Counted from the stretch's first letter, positions 29,720 through 39,507 are shown. The stretch is DNA of 64,000 nt from an uncultured Gammaproteobacteria bacterium (GCA_964583685.1 CAZOVJ010000001.1:132033-196032), one strand, 5' to 3'. Made by a program: numbers and translations. The notes: generated by a model from the sequence alone, not told the origin.

Positions 29720-31489
29720 TTGGTTCATAATGAAAACATGGCTGTCCCTACTGCCCAGGCTTCTTCTATTCAGACAAATGGAGAACCGGAGGCTTCAACC
29801 TTAGCTGACATTTTGGTTTCCCAGAAAGCACTTTCTTCTAAGAGGGCAAAACAGTTGAAGTTAGCTGAGCTGCAAACAGGTAAACCCCAGGAGGATATTG
29901 TTAAAGAACAAAATCTAGTTTCAGAAAAGGAACTGGTTCGGGCTAAGGCTACTCTTTACAATGTGCCTTATGTGGATTTGAGTTCAACGCCGGTTAACCC
30001 TGATGCCCTTTCTGTTCTACCTCAAGAGGTGGCCAAGCGCTTCCAGGTTTTTCCCATTAATCTTGAGCGAACGACCAAGGAGCTCTTTTTGGCCATGGCT
30101 GATCCCCTGAACCTGACAGCTATTGAGTTTGTTGAGCAAAAAACAGGATTCAGGGTCAAGCCCCGAGCGGCAGAACCTTTAAAAATTCAGGATTTTATCG
30201 CCACCCGTTACACTACCTCTCTATCCCAGGAAGTAACAGCAGCCTTAAAAGAGGTTGCTCCAGAAAGAGAAAAGATCAAGACCTTGGATGTAACTACACG
30301 GACAGGTTTGATTAGACAGGAAAAGATAAGTGAAGTGGTCACTCATGTTTTGGATTTTGCTGTTCGTGCCCGGGCCTCAGATATTCACATTGAGCCTCAA
30401 GAGAAATCAACCAGGGTACGCTATCGAATTGATGGAATTCTTCAAGAAAAACTGACTATTCCTAGAGAACTGCATGATGCCCTTGTTTCCAGAATTAAGA
30501 TTCTTTCGGGGATGAAGATTGATGAGAAAAGAATCCCCCAGGACGGAAGGTTTAATTTCAAAACAGCTGATGAAGAAGTTGACCTTAGGGTTTCAGACTT
30601 ACCGACTTCTTGGGGAGAAAAGATTGTTATGAGACTTTTGAAAAAGACAGGCGGTATTCCTGATTTACCTAAGTTAGGTTTAAGAGGAGTAGCCTTGAAG
30701 AATCTTCAAGAGTCAATTTTGAGGCCACATGGGATTATTATCATTTGCGGGCCAACTGGTTCTGGCAAGACAACTACTCTTTATTCTTTAATTCAGAGAC
30801 TGAATACAGGCAAGGTAAATATTATTACTCTAGAAGACCCGATTGAATATAAAGTCCCCGGGGTTAATCAGGTTCAGGTCAATCCGGCTGTTGGTTTAAC
30901 CTTTGCTTCTGGCCTGCGGTCTTTTTTGCGACAAGACCCAAATATTATTCTGGTCGGCGAGATTCGTGACCAGGAAACAGCTGATTTGGCGATTCAGGCA
31001 TCTTTAACCGGACACTTAGTTTTTTCGACATTACACACCAATGATGCTTCTGGTGCTCTTCCCCGCCTTCTTGATATGCAGGCCGAGCCTTTTCTTTTGG
31101 CCTCATCAATGAGTGCTGTTGTTGCCCAGAGAGTCCTAAGACGGATTGATGAAAAAACAAGAGAGGCTTATACGCCTGACCCTAAAATCGTCGAGGACAT
31201 TAAAAATATTTTAGGCCCTCTTTGGCCAGACAACAGACCAATAAAGCTTTATCGGGGCAAACCGACTCCTGAAAATAATAACTCGGGCTATTTAGGAAGA
31301 ATTGGAATTTTTGAAGTACTGCCTGTTAGCGAGAAAATAGCCAGGTTAATACTTGAGCGTTCGCCGGCTTCTGCCATTGAAAAAAAGGCTCGTGAAGAGG
31401 GAATGATTACCTTGAAGCAGGACGGCTATTTGAAGGTGCTTGAAGGAGTAACAACTGTCGAGGAAGTTTTGCGAGTAGCCCAGGAGTAA
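29720..31489 (+). CDS. pilB: Type IV pilus assembly ATPase PilB (GspE family)
   Basis: N-terminal GSPII_E_N domain, Walker A GPTGSGKTTTLYS, Asp box, Walker B, His box (LVFSTLHTNDA). Confidence 0.85.
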   Translation: MVHNENMAVPTAQASSIQTNGEPEASTLADILVSQKALSSKRAKQLKLAELQTGKPQEDIVKEQNLVSEKELVRAKATLYNVPYVDLSSTPVNPDALSVLPQEVAKRFQVFPINLERTTKELFLAMADPLNLTAIEFVEQKTGFRVKPRAAEPLKIQDFIATRYTTSLSQEVTAALKEVAPEREKIKTLDVTTRTGLIRQEKISEVVTHVLDFAVRARASDIHIEPQEKSTRVRYRIDGILQEKLTIPRELHDALVSRIKILSGMKIDEKRIPQDGRFNFKTADEEVDLRVSDLPTSWGEKIVMRLLKKTGGIPDLPKLGLRGVALKNLQESILRPHGIIIICGPTGSGKTTTLYSLIQRLNTGKVNIITLEDPIEYKVPGVNQVQVNPAVGLTFASGLRSFLRQDPNIILVGEIRDQETADLAIQASLTGHLVFSTLHTNDASGALPRLLDMQAEPFLLASSMSAVVAQRVLRRIDEKTREAYTPDPKIVEDIKNILGPLWPDNRPIKLYRGKPTPENNNSGYLGRIGIFEVLPVSEKIARLILERSPASAIEKKAREEGMITLKQDGYLKVLEGVTTVEEVLRVAQE

Positions 31490-31490
31490 A

Positions 31491-32561
31491 ATGAATAGCA
31501 AGCAATTACTGCAGTTAACAATTGACAGAAATGCCTCAGATTTACACTTGCTGGTTGGCATTCCCCCTACCCTACGTATTGATGGAAAACTATGGCAGGT
31601 TCCCAATGAGGGAGTTTTGACACCGGAATCAATTGCCAATCTTTTAAAAGAGGTAATGAATTCTCAACAATTGCAGCGACTTTTACTTAATAAAGAACTG
31701 GATTTCTCTCTTTCTTTTTCTGAAAAGGCCCGCTTTAGGGTTAATGCTTATACTCAAAAAGGTTCCCACGCCGCCTCTTTTAGAAAAATACCTTTGGTAA
31801 TTCCCAACATTGATTTTCTCAAGCTTCCCAAGATTTTGCATTCTTTTACTGCTCTTCGTCAGGGATTTGTTTTAGTAACCGGGCCAACTGGTCATGGCAA
31901 GTCAACTACTTTGGCAGCAATGCTCAATGAGATAAATCTTAACCGAGCCGTGCATATAGTTACCATTGAGGACCCGATTGAATTTATTTTCCAGCCACAA
32001 AAGGCCATTATCACTCAGCGTGAGATGCACGAAGATACTCATTCTTGGACTGTGGCTTTACGCTCAGTCTTGCGTGAAGACCCGAATGTAGTTCTGGTTG
32101 GCGAGATGAGAGATTATGAGACGATTTCTTCTGCCTTGACCGTGGCCGAGACAGGCCATTTGGTTTTTGCTACCCTGCACACAAATTCTGCTGCTCAGAC
32201 GGTTGATAGGGTGGTTGATGTTTTTCCTGAAGAACAGCAAGACCAGGTAAAACTGCAACTTTCAAATGTTTTACAAGCAGTCTTTTCCATGAGGTTAGTC
32301 CCGGCAATTGGTGGTGGAAGGGTTGTTGGCTACGAAGTTATGCTGGGAACGACAGCAATAAAAACAGCTATTAGGGAGGGTAAAAGCCACCAGATAGATT
32401 CCATTATTCAGACATCAGCTGAGATTGGCATGAGAAACCTAGAAGGTTCTTTAGCAGAATTGGTTAAAGGAGGGCAGATAACAGTGGATGACGCCCAGAA
32501 TTGGTCAATCAGGCCTGAAGAATTAAACAGACTTATTCGCGGCGATAGAATGAAGGTATGA
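31491..32561 (+). CDS. pilT: Type IV pilus retraction ATPase PilT
   Basis: GPTGHGKSTTLAAM Walker A, VTIEDPIEF, VLVGEMRD, LVFATLHTNSAAQT. 356 aa, typical of PilT. Confidence 0.85.
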   Translation: MNSKQLLQLTIDRNASDLHLLVGIPPTLRIDGKLWQVPNEGVLTPESIANLLKEVMNSQQLQRLLLNKELDFSLSFSEKARFRVNAYTQKGSHAASFRKIPLVIPNIDFLKLPKILHSFTALRQGFVLVTGPTGHGKSTTLAAMLNEINLNRAVHIVTIEDPIEFIFQPQKAIITQREMHEDTHSWTVALRSVLREDPNVVLVGEMRDYETISSALTVAETGHLVFATLHTNSAAQTVDRVVDVFPEEQQDQVKLQLSNVLQAVFSMRLVPAIGGGRVVGYEVMLGTTAIKTAIREGKSHQIDSIIQTSAEIGMRNLEGSLAELVKGGQITVDDAQNWSIRPEELNRLIRGDRMKV

Positions 32562-33763
32562 AGAGATTTATTTATAAGGCGAAGAATAAGGAAGGTAAAA
32601 CTGTAAAGGGAGAGGTTGAGGCTTCAAATGCGAATTATGCAGCCAAGCTGGTACGAAAGCGTGGTTTGTTGGTTCTGAATATAAGACCAGCAAGGCAAGG
32701 TATTTTTAGCTTAATCAAAAAAATGCGTTCTCGGATAACCACTTCCGAGATCGCTGCCTTTACCAGACAGCTTTCAACAATGATTAATGCTGGATTGCCA
32801 ATTACTGAATCTTTATCTATTCTTCGTATGCAATCCAAGACCTCTCTTCAGCCGGTTGTTACTCAGATATTGGCTGATGTTGAAGGAGGAGAATCTTTGT
32901 CAAAAACTTTGACTAAGCATCCGAAAATTTTTTCACCCACCTATGTTGCCTTGATTAAGGCCGGTGAAACAGGTGGTGTTTTGGACAAGGTTTTACTCAG
33001 GCTGGCGGATAATTTGGAAAAGCAACAGGAGTTTAGGGGTAAAGTTAAAGGTGCCCTGATTTATCCTTTGATTGTTATTGTAGGAATGGTTGTTGTTTCC
33101 TTGATTATGATTATTTTTGTCATTCCTAAGTTAATGTCTTTATATTCGGATCTTAATGCTGAGTTACCCTTGCCCACAAAGATTTTGATGGCTATTTCTT
33201 CGATGCTTCTGAGATTTTGGCCCTTAATAGTTTTACTTCTGGGATTAGCCTTTTTGGGTTTTAGAGAATATCGAAAAACTTCTCGAGGTAGAAGAGAAAC
33301 GGATAAATTGGCATACAAAGTCCCTATTATAGGGAAACTTCAGCATCAAGTTGTTTTGGCGGAGCTGACAAGAACCTTGGGTCTGATGGTTGGTTCAGGA
33401 GTGGCAATCCTTGAGGGTTTGAATGTAACGGCAGGAGTTGTTGCCAATACTCTTATATCTGATGCTCTAAGGGATGCGGCCAAGCAAGTTGAGAAAGGTT
33501 TTCCCATTGCCTACTCTTTTGCCAAACACCCCCAAGCATTTCCCTATATTCTTTCCCAGATGGTTGCTGTTGGAGAGGAAACAGGCAAGATGGAGGAGGT
33601 TTTGTTTAAGGTTTCTAGAATTTTTGAGATGGAGAGCGAACAGAAAGTAAAGGGTTTAACCGCGGCCATTGAACCTTTGGTGATGATTATTTTGGGCTTG
33701 GGAGTAGGTTTTTTGGTGATTTCAGTAATTTTGCCGATTTATAACTTGACAAGTCAATTTTAA
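32558..33763 (+). CDS. pilC: Type IV pilus platform protein PilC (GspF family)
   Basis: Two GspF repeats, 3 TM helices, 401 aa. Confidence 0.85.
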   Translation: MKRFIYKAKNKEGKTVKGEVEASNANYAAKLVRKRGLLVLNIRPARQGIFSLIKKMRSRITTSEIAAFTRQLSTMINAGLPITESLSILRMQSKTSLQPVVTQILADVEGGESLSKTLTKHPKIFSPTYVALIKAGETGGVLDKVLLRLADNLEKQQEFRGKVKGALIYPLIVIVGMVVVSLIMIIFVIPKLMSLYSDLNAELPLPTKILMAISSMLLRFWPLIVLLLGLAFLGFREYRKTSRGRRETDKLAYKVPIIGKLQHQVVLAELTRTLGLMVGSGVAILEGLNVTAGVVANTLISDALRDAAKQVEKGFPIAYSFAKHPQAFPYILSQMVAVGEETGKMEEVLFKVSRIFEMESEQKVKGLTAAIEPLVMIILGLGVGFLVISVILPIYNLTSQF

Positions 33764-33800
33764 AAACTGATACTGAAATGAAAGGAGGTGATTACGAATA

Positions 33801-34391
33801 ATGCGTGAAAAGGGTTTTACCTTGGTTGAGCTTCTAATTGTTATTGCCCTGCTTGGGGTAATTGCCATGATTGTTATTGCCGCTATCAATCCAATTGAAC
33901 AGGCCAACAGAGCCAGAGATACAAGGATTAAATCAGATGCCTCTCAGTTAATCTCGGCAATTGACCGCTATTTTGCTGCTTCTGAGCAGTTTCCTTGGGT
34001 GGTTGTCGGTGAAGCGGATAGCAATGACGCTGAATATGGGTTTGTTAATTCTAATACCCCCGGAGTTGGTCTTTGTGCAGATGGGCCAACTTGTGGTGAG
34101 GATGGGTTATTAATTAGTACCAACGAATTGAGAACAGAGTTCAGAAGGCGGGATTTTACCACGGCAACGGAACCAGATAGACTATTGTTTATTGGCAAGG
34201 GTGCGGGAACATCTGAGTCGGTTTATGCTTGTTTTATACCCACATCAAAAGCAATAAGAAGCAAGGCAGTGACAGACGGTAATGTTTATACAATAAGTCT
34301 AGTAGACGGCACAAGAGCTCAAACTGATATTTGCGATCTTGATGATGCAGATTGGGTTGACAGTCTTTGCTACACTTGCGTTCCTGAGTAA
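33801..34391 (+). CDS. Type IV major pilin (class III signal peptide, 6 Cys)
   Basis: MREKG|FTLVELLIVIALLGVIA has a prepilin cleavage G with E+5. Strong RBS AAAGGAGGTG. Confidence 0.8.
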   Translation: MREKGFTLVELLIVIALLGVIAMIVIAAINPIEQANRARDTRIKSDASQLISAIDRYFAASEQFPWVVVGEADSNDAEYGFVNSNTPGVGLCADGPTCGEDGLLISTNELRTEFRRRDFTTATEPDRLLFIGKGAGTSESVYACFIPTSKAIRSKAVTDGNVYTISLVDGTRAQTDICDLDDADWVDSLCYTCVPE

Positions 34392-34400
34392 AAAGCTCTT

Positions 34401-35180
34401 ATGAATTTTATTCTTTTGGCTGTTTTTGGCTTAGTTATTGGTTCTTTTTTGGGGGCTTTTAGCTGGCGATTACCCAGAGGAATAAAAATAGTTTTTACTC
34501 GTTCCCAATGTCCGAACTGTAAACATAAGCTTAGCTGGTTTGATAATATTCCTCTTATTTCTTTTTTCTTGCTTAAAGGGAAATGTAGATATTGTCATAA
34601 AAAAATTTCCTGGCGTTACCCTTTAATTGAAATAACCACAGCCACTATATTTGTAGCTGTGGTTAGCTTCCCAAATTTATTGAGTCAAAATATTGCTTGG
34701 CTGGAAAATTTGACTTTTCTCAGAATTCCCTTTTTCTTGTTCTTTTTCTCTCTTTTGATTCTTATCTTTGTTATTGATTTTGAGCAACAAATTATTCCTG
34801 ACCCATTGGTTTTTGGGGGACTGGGAATTTGTTTTTTCTATTTGTTTTTAATAGATTCTTCCTTTCTTTATACTTATCTTTTAGCTGGATGCGGCGCGGC
34901 TGTCTTTTTGTTGCTTATTCATTTGTTTACTCAAGGAAAGGGAATGGGCTTGGGAGATGTCAAACTTTCAATTTTAATGGCTAGTGTTTTGGGGATAAAA
35001 AATACTCTTGTCTGGCTTTTTCTTGCTTTTTTGATAGGGGGCCTGGTTGCCAGTTTACTGCTCTTAAGCAAGAAGAAACATTTGGGTGAAAAGGTTGCTT
35101 TTGCTCCTTTTCTTGTTATATCTTTTATTATTACCGCTTTTTTGGGTGTTGATTTACAAACATGGTTTCTCGCTTTTTGA
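34401..35180 (+). CDS. pilD: Prepilin peptidase PilD (A24 family)
   Basis: N-terminal zinc-binding CPNC...CRYC, polytopic, catalytic Asp in a GMGLGDVKL context. Confidence 0.8.
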   Translation: MNFILLAVFGLVIGSFLGAFSWRLPRGIKIVFTRSQCPNCKHKLSWFDNIPLISFFLLKGKCRYCHKKISWRYPLIEITTATIFVAVVSFPNLLSQNIAWLENLTFLRIPFFLFFFSLLILIFVIDFEQQIIPDPLVFGGLGICFFYLFLIDSSFLYTYLLAGCGAAVFLLLIHLFTQGKGMGLGDVKLSILMASVLGIKNTLVWLFLAFLIGGLVASLLLLSKKKHLGEKVAFAPFLVISFIITAFLGVDLQTWFLAF

Positions 35181-35887
35181 GACAAAAAAATTTTACTTGT
35201 GCAGCCAGGCCCGCCTGCCGGCAGGCAGGTCTGCCTCGTCGACCGGCGGGTGTCACCTTAACAGAATTATTGATTATAGTTTCAATTATCAGCATCTTGG
35301 CTGTTATTGCCATTTCTCTTTTAGCCAGTCAGATTTTTAAGGGCAATGATGCCAAAAGAAAAACAGAAGTGCGACGCATTCAGGTCGCGGTTGAAGAATA
35401 CGAAAAAGACCATGAGTGTTATCCCCTTCCTCAATATGTTGTTTGCAAGCCTGGAACTGGCTTAAAGCCCTACATTTCTAAGATTCCCTGTGACCCTGTG
35501 ACCGGCGGCTCGTATGTTTATGAACATGCAGATGATACCTGTCCAAGCTGGTATAGAATTTATGTCAGGTTGGAGAATGAGGCTGATCCAGATATTGAAG
35601 AGTTGGAATGTACTTATGGTTGTGGTCCCGGTTTTGCTTATAATTATTATGTTTCTAGTCCCAATGCTCCGGCTCCAGCGAGAGCGACTGCTCCCCTACC
35701 AAGTGGAGACGGAGACGGAGGAGACGGAGGAGACGGAGAAGTTTTTTATGGCTGTTTTGGTGGGGTTTGTACCATGATTTCCTGGGACCCGGAACGGCCT
35801 GGCCCGGAATGCGACCCCAATTTTCAAAACCCGACTTGTTATGGTCAATGCGGTCCAGCGGAAGTAGAGTGTCAGCCATGGCAATGA
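35162..35887 (+). CDS. Pilin-like protein with long leader and GDG repeat
   Basis: ...RQAGLPRRPAG|VTLTELLIIVSIISILAVIAI (E+5). C-terminal Cys-rich region. GDGDGGDGGDGE is encoded by a (ggagacgga)n tract. Confidence 0.6.
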   Translation: MVSRFLRQKNFTCAARPACRQAGLPRRPAGVTLTELLIIVSIISILAVIAISLLASQIFKGNDAKRKTEVRRIQVAVEEYEKDHECYPLPQYVVCKPGTGLKPYISKIPCDPVTGGSYVYEHADDTCPSWYRIYVRLENEADPDIEELECTYGCGPGFAYNYYVSSPNAPAPARATAPLPSGDGDGGDGGDGEVFYGCFGGVCTMISWDPERPGPECDPNFQNPTCYGQCGPAEVECQPWQ

Positions 35888-36429
35888 AATGCTTTGGTTT
35901 TAGTAAACGAGAGATAGTTGGGCTGGGTTCAATCTTATTGATTATCTTTTGCGCCACTGCTCTCAATCTTCGAGTTTCTATAAGAAAAGGTAGAGATAGC
36001 CAGAGAAAAGCAGATTTGAGAAGGATAAGTGATGTTTTAGGAGAATATAATCAGGATTTTGGCATTTTCCCCTTTTCCGATAAAGGCCGAATAGTTGCTT
36101 GTGTATCTCCTGAAGGTGAGCTAGATGAGCAAGGCAAACCGATTTTAGTACCCTGTGAATGGGCGTTCGATGGCATCTCTCCTTATATAGAGGCTCTTCC
36201 TTCAGACATTCATCATGGCCAGGGGGCCCGCTATTATTATCTTTCTAATGGAAAAAGATTTCAGATTTATGCTTCCTTAGAAAGTAGTACTGAACCCGAA
36301 TATGACCCTAAAATTGTTGCTAGAAATCTAGCTTGTGGCAACAGGGTTTGTAATTTTGGCTTGGCCTTGGGGAAAACTCCTCTTGATAAATCCATCGAAG
36401 AATATGAAAATGAGATGAGAGATCAATAA
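35884..36429 (+). CDS. Pilin-like protein
   Basis: MKCFG|FSKREIVGLGSILLIIF (G-1, E+5), then an RDSQRKADLRRI-type helix. The ORF track extends upstream to 35767, overlapping the previous gene. Confidence 0.55.
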   Translation: MKCFGFSKREIVGLGSILLIIFCATALNLRVSIRKGRDSQRKADLRRISDVLGEYNQDFGIFPFSDKGRIVACVSPEGELDEQGKPILVPCEWAFDGISPYIEALPSDIHHGQGARYYYLSNGKRFQIYASLESSTEPEYDPKIVARNLACGNRVCNFGLALGKTPLDKSIEEYENEMRDQ

Positions 36430-36450
36430 GCGATAAGAGATAAGTAAAAA

Positions 36451-36924
36451 GTGATAAGTAAAAAATCAAAATTAACAGGTTTTACCTTAATTGAGCTTTT
36501 GGTGGTTGTTGCCTTGATTGGCATCTTGTCCACCTTGCTTTTGGCCAATTTTAATGCGGCCAGGCAAAGAAGCCGGGATACCCAAAGAAAGAGTGATATG
36601 AGGAACACTCAGACAGCTCTGCGACTCTATTATAATGATTTGGGTGCTTTTCCTGAAGGCAGTGACAGTGGCCAAATTATGGGTTGTGGTAGTGATGGAA
36701 CAGCTCTTTGTGATTGGGGTGAAGAATGGTCTGTTGGCTCAACAGTCTATATGTCCAGTTTAGTCAAGGATCCTATTCCTTCCCTGGTTTATAAGTATGT
36801 TCAGATAGATTTAGATACTTATACTCTTCAAGCCTGTTTGGAGAATAAGAGTGATGATAAAGGCCAGACGACTAGCGATACTGATTGGTGTCCGAGCGGC
36901 TGGATGTACCAGGTCCAACCATAA
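36451..36924 (+). CDS. Type IV pilin paralog
   Basis: GTG start. ...KLTG|FTLIELLVVVALIGILS...RDTQRKSD. Confidence 0.7.
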   Translation: MISKKSKLTGFTLIELLVVVALIGILSTLLLANFNAARQRSRDTQRKSDMRNTQTALRLYYNDLGAFPEGSDSGQIMGCGSDGTALCDWGEEWSVGSTVYMSSLVKDPIPSLVYKYVQIDLDTYTLQACLENKSDDKGQTTSDTDWCPSGWMYQVQP

Positions 36925-36943
36925 TCAAAAATCAAAAATCAAA

Positions 36944-37534
36944 ATGCAAAAATCAAAAATGTTTGGAACTTGGAACTTGTCCCGCAAAACGGGATCCCGC
37001 CCTGCGGGAGAATTTGGGAATTCCCGACCCCAGTTGGGCTTTACCCTAGTTGAGTTGTTGATAGTGATGGCAATACTGGGTATTTTGGCAACATTAGTAG
37101 TAGGTGGATTTCGGACTGCTCAAATGAGAGGTCGAGACGCCCGGAGGAAAAGTGATCTTAAGCAAATTGGCCAAGCCTTAGAAATGTTTTTCTCTGATTA
37201 TAAACAATATCCGGATGACTCAGGTGGATTGATAATGGCTTGTCCCTATGACCCAGATGGAAGTACCGCCTGTAATTGGGGTTTAGGAGAATTTACGGAT
37301 GGGAAAACTGTGTATTTCAAAGTAACTCCGTGTGATCCCATTCCTTCCCTGGCTTATTTTTACCGAATTGTAGACCCCCCCAATAACCAGAAATTTCAAC
37401 TCTTTGCCAGAATAGAAAATCCGCGAGACAAAAATTGCCTGGAAGGTGACTGTAGCTACCCTTCTGGTTATTCTTGTGGTGTGTCAATTTGTAACTTTGC
37501 TATTGCCAGTCCGAATACAACACCGATGGAATAA
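36944..37534 (+). CDS. Type IV pilin paralog with long leader
   Basis: MQKSKMFGTWNLSRKTGSRPAGEFGNSRPQLG|FTLVELLIVMAILGILA...RDARRKSD. Confidence 0.6.
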   Translation: MQKSKMFGTWNLSRKTGSRPAGEFGNSRPQLGFTLVELLIVMAILGILATLVVGGFRTAQMRGRDARRKSDLKQIGQALEMFFSDYKQYPDDSGGLIMACPYDPDGSTACNWGLGEFTDGKTVYFKVTPCDPIPSLAYFYRIVDPPNNQKFQLFARIENPRDKNCLEGDCSYPSGYSCGVSICNFAIASPNTTPME

Positions 37535-37552
37535 TGCAATGACCAATGCCAA

Positions 37553-38026
37553 ATGATAAATGAAGGAAGGGGATTTACTCTTGTTGAGCTCTTGGTGGTT
37601 ATTTCCATTATTGGCGTTTTGGCTTCTTTGGTTATGATTTCCTTTACCAGTAGCCAAAAACAGGCAAGAGATACCCAGAGAAAGTCGGATATTAGACAAT
37701 ATCAAAATGCCCTGGAAAATTTTGCTAATAAAAACAATGGTTTTTATCCTTCTCGCAATGATGATTCCGGTGTTTCTTGCCCCAGTAGTTTGTGCTCTGA
37801 CCTGGGAATTTCCAGCTGCCCAGAAGATCCAAGAAACTCAAGGGATGATAGTTTTGTTTATAGATATCAATCAGATGGAAGCGGTTCGGGAGCAATTGAT
37901 GGTATAAAATATGTTTTGTGGTTGAGACTGGAAAATAAAGATAGCTATTGGGCTATTTGTTCTGATGGCCGGATAGGAGAGGTAAGCTCTGGTATTCCTC
38001 CTTCCGGAGGAACCTGCCCACTGTGA
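37553..38026 (+). CDS. Type IV pilin paralog
   Basis: MINEGRG|FTLVELLVVISIIGVLA...RDTQRKSD. Confidence 0.7.
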   Translation: MINEGRGFTLVELLVVISIIGVLASLVMISFTSSQKQARDTQRKSDIRQYQNALENFANKNNGFYPSRNDDSGVSCPSSLCSDLGISSCPEDPRNSRDDSFVYRYQSDGSGSGAIDGIKYVLWLRLENKDSYWAICSDGRIGEVSSGIPPSGGTCPL

Positions 38027-38030
38027 AACA

Positions 38031-38525
38031 ATGAGCAATGATAAATGGCCAATGACAAAAGGGAAAAGTGGCCTGCCTCGCCGGCAGGCAGGCTTTACTT
38101 TAGTTGAGCTCTTGGTAGTTATTTCCATACTTGGCATCTTATTCGCTTTGTCTGCTTTTGGGCTTCAGGGTGTACGGGAAAGTGCCCGCAATTCTCAAAG
38201 AAAAAGCGATTTGGAATTCATTCGGGCTGGAATAGAGACTTATAAAGCTGATTGTGATATTTACCCAACAGCTCCCCTTCCCTCTCCTCCTGGATCTCTT
38301 GTCGGCGACGATTCAACAGAAAATTGCCTTTCATCGAATACTTATATTTCAGAAGTTCCGACTGATCCTCAATCTCCAACTAGGGACTATAGTTATTTTC
38401 AAACGGATTCTGGGTTTGGCTATGAAGTCTGCGCCAGTCTGGAAGGAGAATCCGGTAGTGTTAGCTGTGGCGGGTCAAGTAGTTGCGGTAATTCAACCTG
38501 TAATTATAGGGTGACCAATCCCTGA
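38031..38525 (+). CDS. Type IV pilin paralog with long leader
   Basis: MSNDKWPMTKGKSGLPRRQAG|FTLVELLVVISILGILFA...RNSQRKSD. Confidence 0.7.
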   Translation: MSNDKWPMTKGKSGLPRRQAGFTLVELLVVISILGILFALSAFGLQGVRESARNSQRKSDLEFIRAGIETYKADCDIYPTAPLPSPPGSLVGDDSTENCLSSNTYISEVPTDPQSPTRDYSYFQTDSGFGYEVCASLEGESGSVSCGGSSSCGNSTCNYRVTNP

Positions 38526-38529
38526 GTTA

Positions 38530-39036
38530 ATGAGAAGGATTATACTGTCCACCGGTCACTGTTCACCATTCACCAGTCTTGGCTATACCCTAATTGAAAT
38601 TCTTGTTGGATTGGTTGTTGTTGGTCTTCTTTTTGCTGTTGGTTATATTGGCTATAGAGGTTTTAGCCGACGCCAGGTAGTTGTTTCTGCGGTTCGTGCT
38701 TTAAGAAAGGATTTACGTCTTGCTCAAGGCCAGGTTTTGGCCGGTAAAAAGCCGACTGAATGTAGTGGTACTCTTAGCAGTTATAATTTTAGAGTGGTTG
38801 GTGCCTCTGAATATGTTATTGAATCAATTTGTGGTGAAGAAAGTTTTTTAATAAAAGATGTTTTTCTTTCCTCCGACCTTTCAATGGCGACCCCCAGTAT
38901 TAACCCGATTGTTTTTAAGTCAGTTGCTCAGGGAACGAATATTCCTTTAGGGGCGGTGGTAACTATAACCATTACTCAAAAAGAAACGGCTAATACAGGT
39001 TCGGTTTTAGTTGGACCGGGAGGAGATATCAGGTGA
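38530..39036 (+). CDS. Minor pilin (FimT/GspH-like)
   Basis: ...SLG|YTLIEILVGLVVVGLLFAV, prepilin-type N-terminus. Confidence 0.55.
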   Translation: MRRIILSTGHCSPFTSLGYTLIEILVGLVVVGLLFAVGYIGYRGFSRRQVVVSAVRALRKDLRLAQGQVLAGKKPTECSGTLSSYNFRVVGASEYVIESICGEESFLIKDVFLSSDLSMATPSINPIVFKSVAQGTNIPLGAVVTITITQKETANTGSVLVGPGGDIR

Positions 39037-39500
39037 GAAATTCAAAATTCAAAATTCAAAATTCATCTGGACAGTCTCTTTTTGAAACAGTTTTGGCCAT
39101 AGCCATTGTGGTTATGATTTTGACGGCCTTGGCAGCTCTGGCAACTACTGCTGTCAGGAATGCCGCCTTTTCTAAAAACAAGACTTTGTCAACAAGGTTG
39201 GCTCAGGAGGCCACAGAATGGTTAAGGGGAGAAAGAGATAAAGATTGGGATTTTTTCACCACAAAGGCGATGGTACCAAAATGGTGTTTAGCCAGTCTTT
39301 CCTGGACCGAGGCAAAAATTGGTTCGTGTGGTGAGGGAGATATTGTTGGCAATACCGTTTTCAAACGGGAGGTAATCTTTGTTCCCGATATCCTTGATCC
39401 TGATACGATTGAAGCGAGGGTAGAAGTTTCTTGGTCTGATTCTCAAGGTTCTCATCAAACAAGAGCGTCTACCTATTTTACAAATTGGATGAGTCAATAA
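39033..39500 (+). CDS. Minor pilin (PilV/GspI-like)
   Basis: ...SSG|QSLFETVLAIAIVVMILTALA. The leader is encoded by an (aaattc)4 repeat. Confidence 0.55.
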   Translation: MRNSKFKIQNSSGQSLFETVLAIAIVVMILTALAALATTAVRNAAFSKNKTLSTRLAQEATEWLRGERDKDWDFFTTKAMVPKWCLASLSWTEAKIGSCGEGDIVGNTVFKREVIFVPDILDPDTIEARVEVSWSDSQGSHQTRASTYFTNWMSQ

Positions 39501-39507
39501 AAAAACA

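Noticed and set aside
35514-35777. Plus-strand 87-aa ORF inside the 35162 pilin gene
   Set aside because: It is an alternative frame of a coding region and overlaps the pilin ORF. It is driven by the GDG repeat. No independent support.
36421-39064. CRISPR array
   Set aside because: The repeats are 5-9 nt AT-rich microsatellites inside or at gene starts. They are not 25-40 nt repeats with unique spacers. No CRISPR array is present in the window.
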